Source: Octopus vulgaris (Eukaryota). Taken from it: a DNA stretch of 64,000 nt. Positions within the stretch are counted from its first letter, which is position 1; every line of letters begins with the position of its first letter. This document shows positions 1 through 13,860 of the stretch, piece by piece. Both the position numbers and the translations under genes were made by a program. Below the pieces are notes generated by a model. It did no database searches. It had not been told where the DNA came from and was given only the letters and a program-made list of their open reading frames with translations. The stretch is taken from the NCBI GenBank assembly GCA_951406725.2, contig OX597821.1, forward strand, positions 115,506,001 through 115,570,000. Reading direction: 5' to 3'.

Positions 1-564
1 TTTTTTGAAGCCTCATAAAAGTTTACGTAATCTCATCTAGTTACATCCAGCATGGAGGCTAGTTATCAACAGTTTTAAGTGGTATGCTTAAATGAGTTTT
101 CCACATGAAACCATTGGTAGCATTGTTTACTAATGCACAATAAAATAAAATATAGGGAGATGTACATGCCTAGCAAGTGGCCTGATCTGAGATCATGTGC
201 TGAAACAAAAACAATTGCAGTGTAGAAGGTGTTTATAAGCCATTTAAAAGCACAAAAAAAACTTAGATTCACTTCAACATTTTAAAGTTGTCAAAGTTTT
301 TTTTCCGTGCAGCAGGTCGCGGTCTCAAAGCAACGAAGATATTTTGACAAATTAAATTTAAATGTTGAAGTGAATCCAACGGTTTTTGTGTGTTTTTAAA
401 TGGCTTATAAACACCTTCCACAATGCAAAAAAATATATATTTATTCACTAAATGTGGTGTTGAGTACTTATTGGCCACTTTCGTGTGTGTGTGTGTGCAC
501 ACACATATATATATATACACACATAGATACTTACATAGAAGTATATGAGGTAAAGCAAACATTC

Positions 565-1045
565 AGGAGTGGCTATGTGGATGAGGAGTTTTGAGTTCAG
601 TTTCACTGTGTCATACCTACGAGTGCGACACAAGGCTTGTGAGTGGTTTTGGTAGAAAGAAATTGAAAGAAGCTCGTCATATATGATTTATATACATGTG
701 TGTGTGTGTTTGTGCAAGTGAGTTCATATTTCTCTTTGTGGTCATGTGTTTATGGTTATAAGCAGTGACGGCATCATTTGCCTGTATGACACCATAAAAG
801 CACATCTGGGCTTCGACGCGTTGCTCATTCAAATGGTATCATTTGTTTCCAGTTCTCTGTGTATTTATGTCTGAGGTGTTTGTTATTTGATAGACTGAGA
901 GATTACTACCTCATTTGGAAACTGGTGGCAGTTGGTATCAGGGAGGGCATCTGGCTATAAAAAAAAATTTGCTTCAGCATATTGTCTGGCCTGTGCAAGA
1001 ATTGGAAAATAGACTTTAAAACACAGTGATGTTGATAACGATTAT
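565..1045 (+). mobile_element. Decayed tRNA-derived CORE-type SINE copy
   Basis: Degenerate head ggagtggctatgtgg...gagttcagtttcactg. Body acaaggcttgtgagtgg..ggtagaaagaaattgaaagaagctcgtc matches the same family on the minus strand at 40960-41350 and 51935-52327. Confidence 0.65.
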
Positions 1046-1617
1046 GTGTGTGTGTGTGTATGCATGCATAAATGCAGCAATATAAATTTCTTAATAGTTC
1101 TATTTTATAAACCTTGGCTCAGATGAAATCAAAAGAAGAGCAAACGAAATGAGTTTTACTGAGAAGCTGGAACTAGTATGAACGAACAGTAATGTTGGTA
1201 TAAATTTGGTTAAAATTTAGTTTAATTTGAGAATGACAACACACTAATTAAGAATTAAATTATGTAATATTGTGTTATTGACCTTTAAGCCACTGTTACT
1301 CAGCATAAATAAAATAAATACCCAATATTGATATTTTTAAATACTCATCTAGATACAGTTACTATGTAAATATTTACCTGGATGCCTCATTGTACAAAAA
1401 TTCAACATGACGATTGCTTCCCAATATTATGAAAGTACTTGTGTATATACAAAAATAAAAGAAATAAATCATGAAAATCCTATGAAATTGGTATTTAATT
1501 GACTTATATGTGTATATATTACATGTGTGCATATATATATATATGTGTGTATATATATATGAATGAGTAAATACTTATATTTATTTATATTTTGTATGTG
1601 TCTTAATCTATTTTCAT

Positions 1618-1950
<333 letters not shown>

Positions 1951-2644
1951 AACAATAATGATGATATAAGGTCATTACATATTTTTTCTTTATTGTAGTA
2001 TATTTGACTTACAGATGTTTCCAGTAGTCATTATAGGTTTGTTACTGTTTGGTTAAGAAAAACTGGATGACCTAGGACACAAATGCTACTTTCATCAGTC
2101 ATTCCTGAAGGAATGATACAGTTATATATATTTACATATATATATGTATACACACAATTTTTCAAATATTTGCATAAATATCACCAACTCAAAACATTGG
2201 CTAACCTCTGATTTGTAAAAATTTGACCTATGAATTAGAACAGTAACCTCTCTAACTGATAGGTCGTGTCAATGGAACTTCTTAAAAAATCATCCTCTTA
2301 TAATTTCATTTAACAACTTTGATAATGCAAACACAAGCACATTTAAGGAATGTCTCAATACAATCATATATACACACATATTAATATTTTTCCATTACAA
2401 TCCCTACATCTCTAAATTACTTTTCAAAGACATGTAACCCCAACCATCCACAACTTTCCAGGGTTAGCACACCCTTGTATAAACTGCAAGCAATTTATAA
2501 TTACCCACAGTCATGTGCTGTCAACTTTTGATATAATAAAAATAACTATCCACTCTACCCATTGCATTGAGTTCTGTATCGGATAATGTTTGCACTAAGT
2601 AAAATATGAAAATATATTTTAAAATTCTTACATTAGGGGATATA

Positions 2645-3075
2645 TGGCACCATTCGAGCGTGATCGTTGCCAGAGTGGCTATCTGGCCTCCGTGCCGGTG
2701 GCACGTAAAAGACACCATTCGAGCATGATCATTGCCAGAGCGGTTATCTGGCCTCTGTGCCGGTGGCATGTAAAAAAACACCATTCGAGTGTGATCGTTA
2801 CCAGCGTCGCCTCACTAGCACTTGTGCTGGTGGCATGTGTAAAAGATTCAAGCGAGGTCGTTGCCAGTACCGCCTGACTGGCCCTGTGCCTGTGGCACGT
2901 AAAAAGCACCCACTACACTCTCGGAGTGGTTGGCGTTAGGAAGGGCATCCAGCTGTATAAACTCTGCCAGATCAAGATTAAAGCCTGGTGCAGCCATCTG
3001 GTTTGCTAGCCCTCAGTCAAAATCGTCCAACCCATGCTAGCATGGAAAGCGGACGTTAAACGACAATGATGATGT
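2645..3075 (+). mobile_element. SINE with internal tandem modules and (ATG)n tail (RTE-associated family)
   Basis: Repeated gtgccggtggcacgtaaaa..caccattcgagc modules and the 3' end ccaacccatgctagcatggaaagcggacgttaaacga(tga)n. More than 12 copies occur in the window. Confidence 0.85.
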
Positions 3076-3214
3076 ATATATGCTTTTATTAAAGCTACAA
3101 AATTATCACAAAACTGTTACTCAAGAGTTTCATGTCCCCAATTGTTGGACAGTTAAATATCAGTATATTACTCTCTTCAAACCAGTTATAAGATGTTTGT
3201 CTTTGAAATCCCCC

Positions 3215-3700
3215 ATGGCAGATAAACTGTTAACTCAAGAAATGAAAAGTCATACAGTCATTGTTGCCATATATGTGGAACTGCCAACTTTCCAAATGCT
3301 GCAAGATCTTTTGTATACAACTTTGGATAGAATCGGAAACATCTGGCACAAACGTTTCTCTGAGAAAAAGAAAAAGTTCTAAACATTTTTGGCACAATGA
3401 GGACATTGCAATTCATCCAATGGGTTCAAAACAATAATGACCCCAGGAAATCTTGTGAAGGCCATCACCAAAGAACTTGAAAGTGTTGGAGTAGCCAGAA
3501 CTTATGTATGAGGAAATTTGGTGCCAGTATGTACTGAGTAGAGGTCAATTCATGCCTGCAAAGATACAGGAAAACCATTGGATCTGTGCCAAGTGCTCAT
3601 TTAAAAAGGTTAAAGACCCTCACGGACATGGCATGCTTTGATTCTTCTTAGATGAAAAGTACTTCAACCAGGAGAAACAACATGATTATGCCTAAACCTT
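3215..3700 (+). pseudogene. Decayed Tc1/mariner-superfamily (maT/DD37D-like) transposase N-terminal half
   Basis: Frameshifted translation MADKLLTQEMKSHTVIVAI...DPRKS..KAITKEL...GQFMPAKIQEN...FFLDEKYFNQE resembles the HTH region and the first catalytic-D motif (FSDEK). Confidence 0.55.
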
Positions 3701-3782
3701 TATGATGTCTCCAGAGTGATGCACACTATATTTCTGGCAACTGTAATAGGTTTTAGGAGTCGTGTATGTCTAAATATATATA

Positions 3783-4153
3783 CTAGCACTATGACCTGGC
3801 AACACCGGGTCATAGTGCTAGTGCATGCATATACAGCTGCGTGCGTGCTCACATACACGCGAGTACTGTCCAAATCTCCGACCAATCACATACAGCTAGC
3901 TGGCATTCAATTGGCGTTGCAAGTTTCGGGTATTTTGATTGGGTTTTGGATAGAAAATTCACAAAAAAGTCACTTCTATTGATTTTTTTAATGGCTTTGC
4001 AGGGTGACTGGGGAAATGTAAAGATGTGCACGACCACCCTTGGACGGTTTTGAATGACCATAGAAATTGTGAGCCCTCTAACTGAAAAATTGTGGATTTG
4101 TATAAAGGACACGCACACACAGACAGACATTTTGCCGTTTATATATATAGAGA
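3783..4153 (-). mobile_element. Non-autonomous Helitron (family H2)
   Basis: On the minus strand it starts TC(TA)n and ends with a hairpin plus CTAG. Near-identical copies lie at 20805-21175, 52409-52769 and 58112-58418. Confidence 0.85.
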
Positions 4154-5251
4154 TGTGTGTCTATATGTATATATGTATACTCTGGGGTCTTGAATACTCA
4201 TTCCTGCTTATTAATTTTTCAGATCTTTTACACCCACCTAATTAATTTTAAAGATTTCCCCCAATTGCTTTTATTCCAACCCTTCCTCCTTATTGAATTT
4301 TGCTAATCTATCTCCAGTGAAATTTTATTGAAAGCCATTCATGTTGATAAAACAACTGGAGAATCTAATAATAATTTTATTTTACGTTAAAGACATTATA
4401 TTAATATGACACAAAAAGAACATTACAAGCAATGCCATATAGGATATATAAACTAAATAACTAATTCTGGTTTTAGAAAAAAAATCAAGGGTGACAGAAA
4501 ACTTTAAATAATGATTTCTCATTGAGGCACAAGGACAACAATTTATGGGAGAGACTAGTGGATTAAAGCAGCCCAGTACATTATTGGTGCTTTGTTTTAT
4601 CAACCCTGTAGGAATGAAAAGTAAAGCTATCCTCAGCAGGATTGAACTCAGAACGTAATGGGCCATAACTATATGCTACAAGGTACATTGCTCGATGCTT
4701 AGGCACAAAGCCAGCAATTTAAAGGGGAGGGGGAAAGTCGATTAAACTGACTCCCATTACTAGTACAAAACAACCCACCCCCCCGGGATATTTTTTCACT
4801 GACACAAATTGTGAACCAGCATGACAAAAAAAAAATGACAGGAATGGGAAGAAAACCTGAAGTGTTCTATTTGTTTTCAAAACGCATGGAAGAAAAATAT
4901 TTATCCACCGTATACGTAGCCAATGTTCCTGCGGTTGAGCCTTCAACATTTTAGGGCATTGATAACCTTTAACCCTAAGAAGATCAATCATTTCGGGATA
5001 CAACACACCTGCTTCAGGACACAGAAAACAAGGAAATTGCTATCAGAAAATATGCTTTACAACCAGCCAGAGTTTATAAAAACTCGAGGCTGTAAAACAT
5101 GCTTGGGTTTACTGCTACTCCGCACTGAAGTCAACAAATCTTCATTTTCAATTTCTCTACCAATCACCAACACAAAATACACACAAACTAAGAACTGTTT
5201 ACAGGACAAGCTTTTTACGGAATTAGGATTTAATTAATGGTCAATATAAAG

Positions 5252-6062
5252 TTTGAGACCCTTAAATGAAAACAAAACAAAAAAAGACAGCCTTCAAGGT
5301 GTAAAAAAATGTGTAGAAAATGAATATGATGAAAAAAAATAATTGTGCAAAAGAATAGGGGTGTGTGGGGAAAGGACGTTCGGAAAATTCACAAGATCCG
5401 ATTCCCTCAATTTTACCAAAAAATTTTTCCTTAGGGGTAGCGAGAGGACTGCCGGAAATTTCACACAATCCGTTTTTCCCCCCAAAACTTTTAGGAAAAT
5501 GGATATCTTTTAATGAAATCTTACAGAAACACCTTTCGGATCTTTTCGCTTTGACCGGCAGATTTTTTAAATAATTTCTTTGGAACTAAACACTTTTAAA
5601 CTTCGAATACTGGTAGAATGTGTTACATAAAACATCTTTTTCTCTTGGCTTTCTTGAGAAAATTCTGTAGTTTTACACCTAGTAGACTGTTTTTATTTTC
5701 ACTTTGGTGACCAGGCGCTAGAGTAGATCCTGAAATTTACGAGGGCAAAAAACAGATCATGTGAATTTTTCGACAGTCCTCTCCCCACCCCTTCGGAAAA
5801 ATTTTTCCCCACAAATTTTTTTATAATCATAATTTGTGCCATTTGAATGGTATTTCTATAAAATTTCATCAATACATATCCACTTTCCTGAAAGTTACGA
5901 GGAGAAAATTGGATCTTGTGAATTTTCCGAAACTCCTCTCCCCCACACCACCCCCTTTCGTTTGTACAAATTTTTTTTTTTTCAGATTTCGTTTTCTACA
6001 CATTTTTTCACACCTAGTAGACTAGGGTTGTTTTTTTTCGTTTTCGTTTACGGGTCTCAAAC
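5252..6062. mobile_element. MITE-like foldback element with about 160-bp imperfect inverted arms, containing a fragment of the GGATCTTTTC MITE
   Basis: gtttgagaccc...gaaaattcacaagatcc (5252-5410) is mirrored by ggatcttgtgaattttc...gggtctcaaac (5901-6062). Positions 5538-5670 match the MITE at 32978-33377. Confidence 0.65.
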
Positions 6063-6186
6063 AACATCAACACGACTGGGTAATTTCTTTTTGAACTTTT
6101 TTCATAACATCACGGCAGAGAAAAGAGTATTTCGTGGTGCGACGTATGGAAATTATTCTATAGAAGAAAAGTAAGCACTTACTATT

Positions 6187-8800
6187 GTGGTGAACAAATG
6201 CAAAGAGGAGTATGATTCTGCATTAGAGCGAATGAAAGAGGAAAGTCATTGGGATGCTAAAAGGAAACGCCATGTCCCAGACACATCGAAGCAGGGATAT
6301 CTCGCCAAAGCAGTTCGTTTGTTTTACTCGAATTTAGCTGGTGTCAAAAGCTCTGATCGACTATTTGATTCTGTAGTTAAAGTAGCCAAACGCTGCTATG
6401 AAAAATATTTGAAAGGTGAACTTGACCGCGCTGAAAAACACCTAATGAAGTATTTCAGAGTCGCTGGAGGAGGTCGTAAAACAAAAGTACCAGGCGTGAA
6501 AGACGCCTTGTTTGAATGGTTTGTGGCTGTTAGAACATCGCTGCATGTGAGATTGCTACAAGCTCTTTTCCTATTACAGGCTGAGAAATTTTATGAGGAG
6601 TGATCTCACCAACTGAGGTAAGGCCTTGTTTTTCAAAAAGCTGGATGAAAGGTTGGCAAAAAGGGGTATAAAGTATCACTGAGATTCCCAAACAAACACA
6701 TTTCAGTCTCCAAAGAGCAATGGGTTGAGCACATTCAGGATTATTTGAAGAGCATTTGGAGTGTGTGTTGTTATTTCCTCGACAAATTTGGCGTAGATTC
6801 TCCTAATTATCAATGGAGATCAAATGCCCTTGCAACGGAATGAAAGTAGCGGACAAGTTACCTTATTATTCAGAAATCAAGATAACGTCCGTCAAAGTAA
6901 ACCACCATTTGTCTGGGGAACATATCACAATGTTCACCCAGGTTAGCAAGGATACCAAAATCCATCTTATCCCAGAGTTTGTATTTAAAGGAACTGGAAA
7001 AAGACCACCACTACGGAATGCCCTGCCTACAATGAAATATCGATGGTCTCCTAAAGGTTGTTATTGATTAGAACAGCTGCTCTGTATTATTGGAAACCTT
7101 CCGAACCGATTCAAAATGTCTTCACATGCAGACTTTGCCGTTTATGTGCTCGGTGATTACATGGTGCATTTGATGCCGGGGGTGAGAGACGCCCTCTGGA
7201 AAAGGGGTTATGCGCTAGTCATCATCAGCGGTGGCATCACCGGATTTGTTCAAGTTAACGATACCATAAATCCTCGAGTATAGTCCGCCCTAGAGTATAA
7301 TACGCAGGGGATTTTTAGGGGGCTGTGCCTCTGAAAAACCTAAACCTTGTATCTGTTTAATTTCATCTTTATTTCTTCTCCATAACCTGACATTGCTTTC
7401 GTCAACATCAAATTTTCTTCCGGTGACCCTATTACCATGGTCTTCAGCATATGATATAAATTCAAGTTTAAACATAGCTGAATAAGATCTACGAGGCATT
7501 TTATGGGCATGTAATGTATAAAATGTTTTATTGGAGATTAATGTACCGCATATAAATAAAAAAAAAACCCAGTAAAGACCCACAGTAGTTCAAGTATTTA
7601 ATACTGGTATTTAATAAGGTATCTATTGTTTGCCACAGTAATGATGCAAACTGCCAATACAAACAGCAGGATGAACTATTTAATGCTGAACTATTAAGCA
7701 TAATTCGTGCGTAATTAACCCAGCAGTACCTAGTCGAACAAACACTTCCACGTATGCGTAATACAATAATGGGAATGTAAATATGTTTGCAAATTGTTTT
7801 TGTCACATGTTATTCTATGTTCTGAATACTTTTATTTTAATAAATGTTGCTTACTGCAAGTTATGGATGATTCTTTTATGACTTCATTGCTTTCAGGCTT
7901 AGCTTAATGTATTTTTGTGCCCGACATCACAAAATACGTCTGAATAAACATTGCCAGACAGCAAATAGAGACTCGGACATAGCTTAGAAAATATTATTCA
8001 TTATTAACCTCGTATATAGTATGCACTAGGGAATTTGACCTTGAAATTTTTTTGTGGGGGGGGGATGCGGATTATACTCGAGGATTTACGGTATATACTT
8101 GCACAAACAACTGAAAGCAAAGTATCGTGAAAAAGAGAAAGCAGAGATGCTAGAAAAGTTAGTTCAAACTCTGAATAAAACAGTCACGCCCAATTGATCC
8201 GAGATTATGCAGATGCTACATCAAGCACATGCAAATTGCAAGACTGATGTCCAAACTGCTTTCAAGTCAATGTGGGCCACAAACGCCTTCGATGGCTCTG
8301 ACGATTATAAGGTGACGGAATGAATTATGCACCTCGTTGGTCCGTCGATGCAAGAGTTTCATCTAGAGATAATGTCAAAACTCTGCCCAAATACTATTCA
8401 GAGAGTCATTAAGAACTTAATTCCACCAAAAGGGGTCAAGCCTGCAAACAATATGGCAGGCTTTGACAGTGACGGCATTGAGGAAAAAGCTGCCGAAAGT
8501 GAGCCATCTGGGTTATCTTTTGGAGGTGATTGAACCCATCTGGAGAAATCCCTATGGAGGTTTCGCAGGAGCCAAAGCACGGTCAGTTAAACACGATGAC
8601 GGGAAGCTCTATCTCTCTTGTAGGAATCAGCAGTGACGATCGGGCTAATAAAGATGCCCTGTTCCTTGAAAAAATACAGAAAGTGTTGGATGAAAACGAG
8701 ACTTCTACACTTTTGTCAAACTCATGTCAACTGTCAGTGAAGCTTGGCGATCCGTAAAGAATCGAATATCGAAACCGAGAAACCTGCAGAAGGATAGTGA
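6187..8800 (+). pseudogene. Decayed pogo/Tigger-like transposase (CENP-B-type HTH plus DDE_1), split by a nested element
   Basis: GGGRKTKVPGVKDALFEWF (HTH_Tnp_Tc5-like), GDQMPL, PEFVFKGTG and ISGGITGFVQVNDT; it resumes after 8093 with HKQLKAKYRE. Contains stops and frameshifts. Confidence 0.8.
7264..8091 (-). mobile_element. Internally deleted pogo-type element with TIRs and TA target-site duplication
   Basis: ta|ccataaatcctcgagtatagtccgc ... gcggattatactcgaggatttacgg|ta. The minus strand encodes MPRRSYSAMFKLEFISYAEDHGNRVTGRKFDVDESNVRLWR, a Brinker-type DNA-binding domain as found in pogo transposases. Confidence 0.9.
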
Positions 8801-9044
8801 CGAAAACATCATGAGTCTATCATTTATACCTATTTACGGGGAGCTACGTTTTATTGTGTACTAGCAGAGATACCGGGCCTTGCTCAGGATTAAAATGGCA
8901 TAGTTTTTTGTTTTTTGTTTTACTTGTTTCAGCCATGTGACTGCGACCATGCTAGAGCACCGCCTTTGGACGAAAAATTTGACCACGGGATTTATTATTT
9001 GTAAGCTTAGTATTTATTCTATCAGTGTCTTTATATATATATAT

Positions 9045-9470
9045 CATCATCATCATCATCATCATCATCATCGTTTAGCGTCCGTTTTCCATGCTAGCAT
9101 GGGTTGGACGGTTCAACTGGGGTCTGTGAAGCCGGAAGGCTTCATCAGGCCCAGTCAGATCTGGATGCCCTTCCTAACGCCAACCACTCCGTGAGTTTAG
9201 TGGGTGCTTTTTACGTGCCACCCGCACAGGTGCCAGACAGAGCTGGCAAACGGTCACGAACGGACGGTGCTTTTTATGTGCCACCGGCACGGGGGCCAGG
9301 CGAGGCTGGCAACGGACACGAACGGATGGTGCTATTTACGTGCCACTGGCACGAGGCCAGTCGGGGCGGTGCTGGCAACGGTCACGAACAGATGGTTCTC
9401 TTACATGCCACCGGCACTGGTAACACATCTGCAATTTCCATTGATCGATTTCGATTCTGATCCTCACTTG
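9045..9470 (-). mobile_element. (ATG)n-tailed SINE copy
   Basis: Reverse complement of the family at 2645-3075, starting with (CAT)n. Confidence 0.85.
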
Positions 9471-9474
9471 CCTC

Positions 9475-9515
<41 letters not shown>

Positions 9516-10229
9516 TATATATATATACTAGCAGTATAGCCCGGCATTGTTCAGGTTTGTTTTTTAATTGCGCTTAAAATGCCAGACTTTGATGTCGCGT
9601 TAACAAAGTTTTGACATAGTTTCAATCTATGAATAAAAGTATAGTGTGGCGATGCTCAAGTTTACTCTGAATGTGCTGCAAATGTGTAATGCTGACTTCA
9701 GTTGTTGGTATTGTTGGTTAATATTCCTTCTATTAACATTATGAGAAAAAAATTACCCGTAGATTTAAAGCAAAATGAAGCTCAAGTTTCGAACTGCACA
9801 GAAAATCTATTAAGAAGTTAACACTGCAACAGTGTTCATTAAGAAAAAGTACAGGAAAATCCAAAACGTTAGTAAGAACAGTTTGTGGTTACAAAAATCC
9901 CCAAAAATGTTATTCTGAAGCCTAACGGGTGGGCAACATGAATCGTGGTTGTACCTGTAAAATGAATAAAATCGACTATTTTACATCACATATAACTAAA
10001 AAAATCTATAAAATCAAAACATACCCATTGAAGGTTTGACTTGAACATCGTAGATAGTAACAGCATGCAGATCGCACAACTGATACGACTGCCATACCCA
10101 CAAATAAGAATCACTTAAACTGACAAAAAAGAAACGCCGTTACCATTGCATCTTCTCATTCAACTGAGAATGATGACAAGACATCGATTCAAGGCAGCAG
10201 TTATGCCTCAACAACTTCATTCCCACAGG

Positions 10230-11760
10230 CTGATTGTAGAGATGCTTCAACGGAGACATGTTGATGTATGTTGCATACAAGAGGTAAGGTGGAGAGGAAC
10301 TTCAGCCAGAGTCCTCACAGGCAAAGCACATAGGTATAAACACTTCTGTGAAGGTAATAGTGATGCAATAGGGGGTGTGGGCATACTTCTTGCAGAGAAA
10401 TGGGTGGATAAGGTCATAGAGGTAGTGAGAGTGTGCAATAGAGTACTTAAACTTAGGCTAGTCTTGCGGACTGGTATAGCTACAATTATCTCTGCCTATG
10501 CCTCACAAGCAGGCCTACCAAATGAACAGAAGGGTGGCTTTTATGATATTCTTCTGCAGGCTACCTCAAAGACGAGTGACAATGATCTCATCTTTGTGGC
10601 TGGAGAATTTAATGGGTGTGTTGGACAGTAACCTGGTATCTTCTATGATGTACATGGGGTCCATGGAGTTGGTACCAGAAATGAAGAAGGAACTAGGCAC
10701 CTGAAGTTCTGTGATATAAATAACCTATTGATCTACAACACCAACTTCAGGGAGCCAGCTAGCCACCTGATAACCTATCAATCAGGTGACTCTGCTAGCC
10801 AGATCGATTTCATTCTCACCAGACAGTGGCATGCATGGTTGCTCTTAAACACAAAGACCCTCCCTAGTAAAGAATGTACCCACCAGCATAGACTAGTTAT
10901 TAGTGACTTTAGACTCAAGGCCAGAAGGATGCCAAAAAGCAGACCAATCTGGAAAAGAAGGATTTGGAAGCTAAAGAATCCTTCACATGGTCAGAGATTT
11001 AGGAATATCCTTACCAAGAAATTTGATGATAGGGAGGAGGAACTACAGTCCTGTGACATAGAAGGCAGCTGGGAATTCCTGTAAAATAGCTTGCTGAGTG
11101 CCACAAACCAAATCTGTGGCTGGTGCAAAGTCCTTTCCAGACCCAGTGTAACATGGTGGTGGAACAGTACTGTAGACAGGGCCATTAGAGCAAAGAAACA
11201 GGCTTGAAATGCCTGGAAGAGTGGGGATAGCAGGAGAATGTATCAGATGGCCAAAAGGGAAGCTAAGAGACAGGTATATGTAGCCAAGGGAGAGCAGAAA
11301 AGAAGTTTGGCAATGTTCAGCAACATGAGGACCAAAGAACTGAAGTATTTCAAATTGCAAAACATGATGACATAGGAGAGAAATGTATCCGTATGAGATA
11401 CAGTTTGGTTTTGTTCCAAGCAGAAGCACCACTGATGCTATATTTCTGGTGAGGCACCTGCAAGAGAAATATCTAGCCAAAGTTAAACCTCTGTACTTGG
11501 CTTTTGTTGACTTGGGGAAAGCCTTTGACAGAGTCCCCCGATCCCTTATCTGGTGGTCAATGCAGGAACTGGGGACAGATGAGTGGATGGTAAGAGCCCT
11601 GTACAGGGATGCTTATGGATGAGGAGAGCTGAGTGAAGAAGTGTCACTCTCTAACAGTGGAAGGAACCCATGGAAGACAGATACCCAGGAAGACATGGGA
11701 TGAGGTGGTGAAGCATGACCTTTGAACGTTGGGACACACAGAGGCAATGACAAGAGAACT
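10230..11760 (+). mobile_element. RTE-clade LINE relic (APE endonuclease, partial RT, 3' end) with internal deletions
   Basis: DVCCIQEVRWRG, GGVGILLAEKW, ISAYASQ, SQIDFILTR, QFGFVPSRSTTDAIF, LAFVDLGKAFDRVPR, and a 3' GRPRKTW-like segment. Confidence 0.92.
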
Positions 11761-11819
11761 TAGAATTTTTCAGCATTAAACTGCATATTATTGTCCTCGG
11801 CCCATCTGTAAATTGAGTT

Positions 11820-12600
11820 CTACTCCTGCAGCAGGTGTGCAACATCACTAGGGTTCTGTATTTTCTGCGAGACTTTCATATTTTCTGCATAGCTAGGAAG
11901 GATGGCTATCCAGGCAGCTGAGAGCATATCTGAGAGGGCCACTATGAAAAGCAGTGGTTCCAAGACAGTGCCCAGTGGAACACCGCTCATTATTTGTGTT
12001 TTCTTTGAGGTGGCTCTATTGACCACTACTGCCTGACTCTTATCTTTCAGGAAGTCATTTGACCACTCTCCAAGTTTTCCAGCTATGCTAAAATCATGCA
12101 GTTTGTGGTATATCATACCATGATCCACCTTGTCAAAAGCTTTTGCAAAGTCAAGGTATACTACGTCCACATTTGAGTTGTTGAGTCACTGCCTCAACAC
12201 CCAGTCATAGTGCTGTAAAAGCTGGGTCAGGCAGCTCCTATCCGGTCGAAAGCCATGCTGGGTATCAATCAGCAAGTTGTTTTCTTCAAGGAAAGCGATC
12301 AGTTTCCCTCTGACTATCCGTTCCATGACTTTGCTGATGTGTGAAATAAGAGAGATAGGCCTAAAGTTTTTGGCATCTGCTCTGCTTCCTCCTTTATGGA
12401 TTGGGCATATTATTCCCTCCTTCAGTTTGCTTGGCAGTCTACCATTTGCAAGGAAGCTCTAGAAGAGAATCTGTAGTGGTTTCGCTAGGGCACGCTTACA
12501 CAATTTGAGGAGGATTGCTGGGAAACCATCAGGACCACCAGTTAAATTTGTGTCCACCTCATCTATGGCTAGTAGTATATCTTCTTCATTAATGTCGATG
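11820..12600 (-). mobile_element. CR1/L2-group LINE reverse transcriptase fragment
   Basis: GPDG..KNFRPISLISHISKVMER..QHGFRPDRSCLTQL..DVVYLDFAKAFDKVDHG..SGVPLGTVLEPLLF. Confidence 0.9.
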
Positions 12601-13196
12601 TAAGCTTGCATCAATATCTCCTTAGCACACATTTAAAAAAAAATTCCATAATTAACAAATATGTTATTTTTATTATCCAAATGTATACCTTAAATTGAAT
12701 GTTTGAAGCACCCGTATATGCTAATTTCACTTGCTTCTTATTAATCTATTTTAACTCATTGTATCGTTATATGTGCTATAGAGGCAAAGGTGTTCAGGAT
12801 TAGGGTTACGCTGAAAACAGGTGCTGTGCATATTTTTTACTTCTGCCTGCTTTAAGATTTTTTTTCCCTAATTTTCGTACATACACTATACAGTTACTGA
12901 TTCCCAGCCACCCCACTTTCTTCTAACCCATCTGCTTATATGAATTTAAGCAAATATCCAACCCACCCATTTATTCCAGCACCCCTCTCCCCTATTATTA
13001 GGGACCTAAGAGTAAATAACTGGTTTTAAAAAATATTAAGGCAGACAATCTAGAAAATTTTAAAATTTTATAGTTACCACTATATAATTACCAATTTACC
13101 ACCCTCCCCCCGCTTATTCCAACCTCCCTATTATTTGGGGCCCGAGAGTATGTATATGTATATATGTGTGCATGTGCTTGTATATGTACATATGTA

Positions 13197-13245
<49 letters not shown>

Positions 13246-13451
13246 CCGGTTCATTTGAAGCAATTAATGTAAGATTCTAGGTAATTAAGACAATGAAGCT
13301 CAGATTCCAGGTGGAACATTTTACTTTAGTTGTTCATTTGGGAAAAACAGATATCACATTTTATTTCTCTTCATGTAGAATTACAGTCTTAAGTTTATTA
13401 CAAACTGTATTTTTAATAGTAGTACTTCATATATATTATTAACCAAGATTA

Positions 13452-13860
13452 CGAGCGTGGTCGTCTGCTAGCCTTGTCTGGCACCTGTGTCGGTGGCACA
13501 TAAAAACACCATCCGAGCGTGGTCGTCTGCTAGCCTTGTCTGGCACCTGTGTCGGTGGCACATAAAAACACCATCCGAGCGTGGCCGTTCGCCAGCCTCG
13601 TCTGGCACCTGTATCGGTGGCACATAAAAACACCATCCGAGCGTGGCCGTTCGCCAGCCTCGTCTGGCACCTGTGTCGGTGGCACATAAAATCACCCACT
13701 ACACTCTTGGAGTGGTTGGCATTAGGAAGGGCATCCAGCTGTAGAAACACTGCCAGATCTGACTGGCCTGGTGCAGCCTTCGGGCTCCCCAGACCCCAGT
13801 TGAACCGTCCAACCCATGCTAGCATGGAAAGCGGACGTTAAATGATGATGATGATGATGA
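13452..13860 (+). mobile_element. (ATG)n-tailed SINE with four tandem about 62-bp modules
   Basis: cgagcgtgg(t/c)cgt..ctggcacctgtgtcggtggcacataaaaacaccatc occurs four times, followed by the family 3' end. Confidence 0.88.

Noticed and set aside
4719-5237. Overlapping 95-aa and 104-aa ORFs in non-repetitive-looking DNA
   Set aside because: No homology cue or consistent exon structure.
13452-13690. Regular direct repeats resembling a CRISPR array (also 53970-54195)
   Set aside because: There are no unique spacers or cas genes, and the context is eukaryotic; these are tandem modules within retroelement tails.
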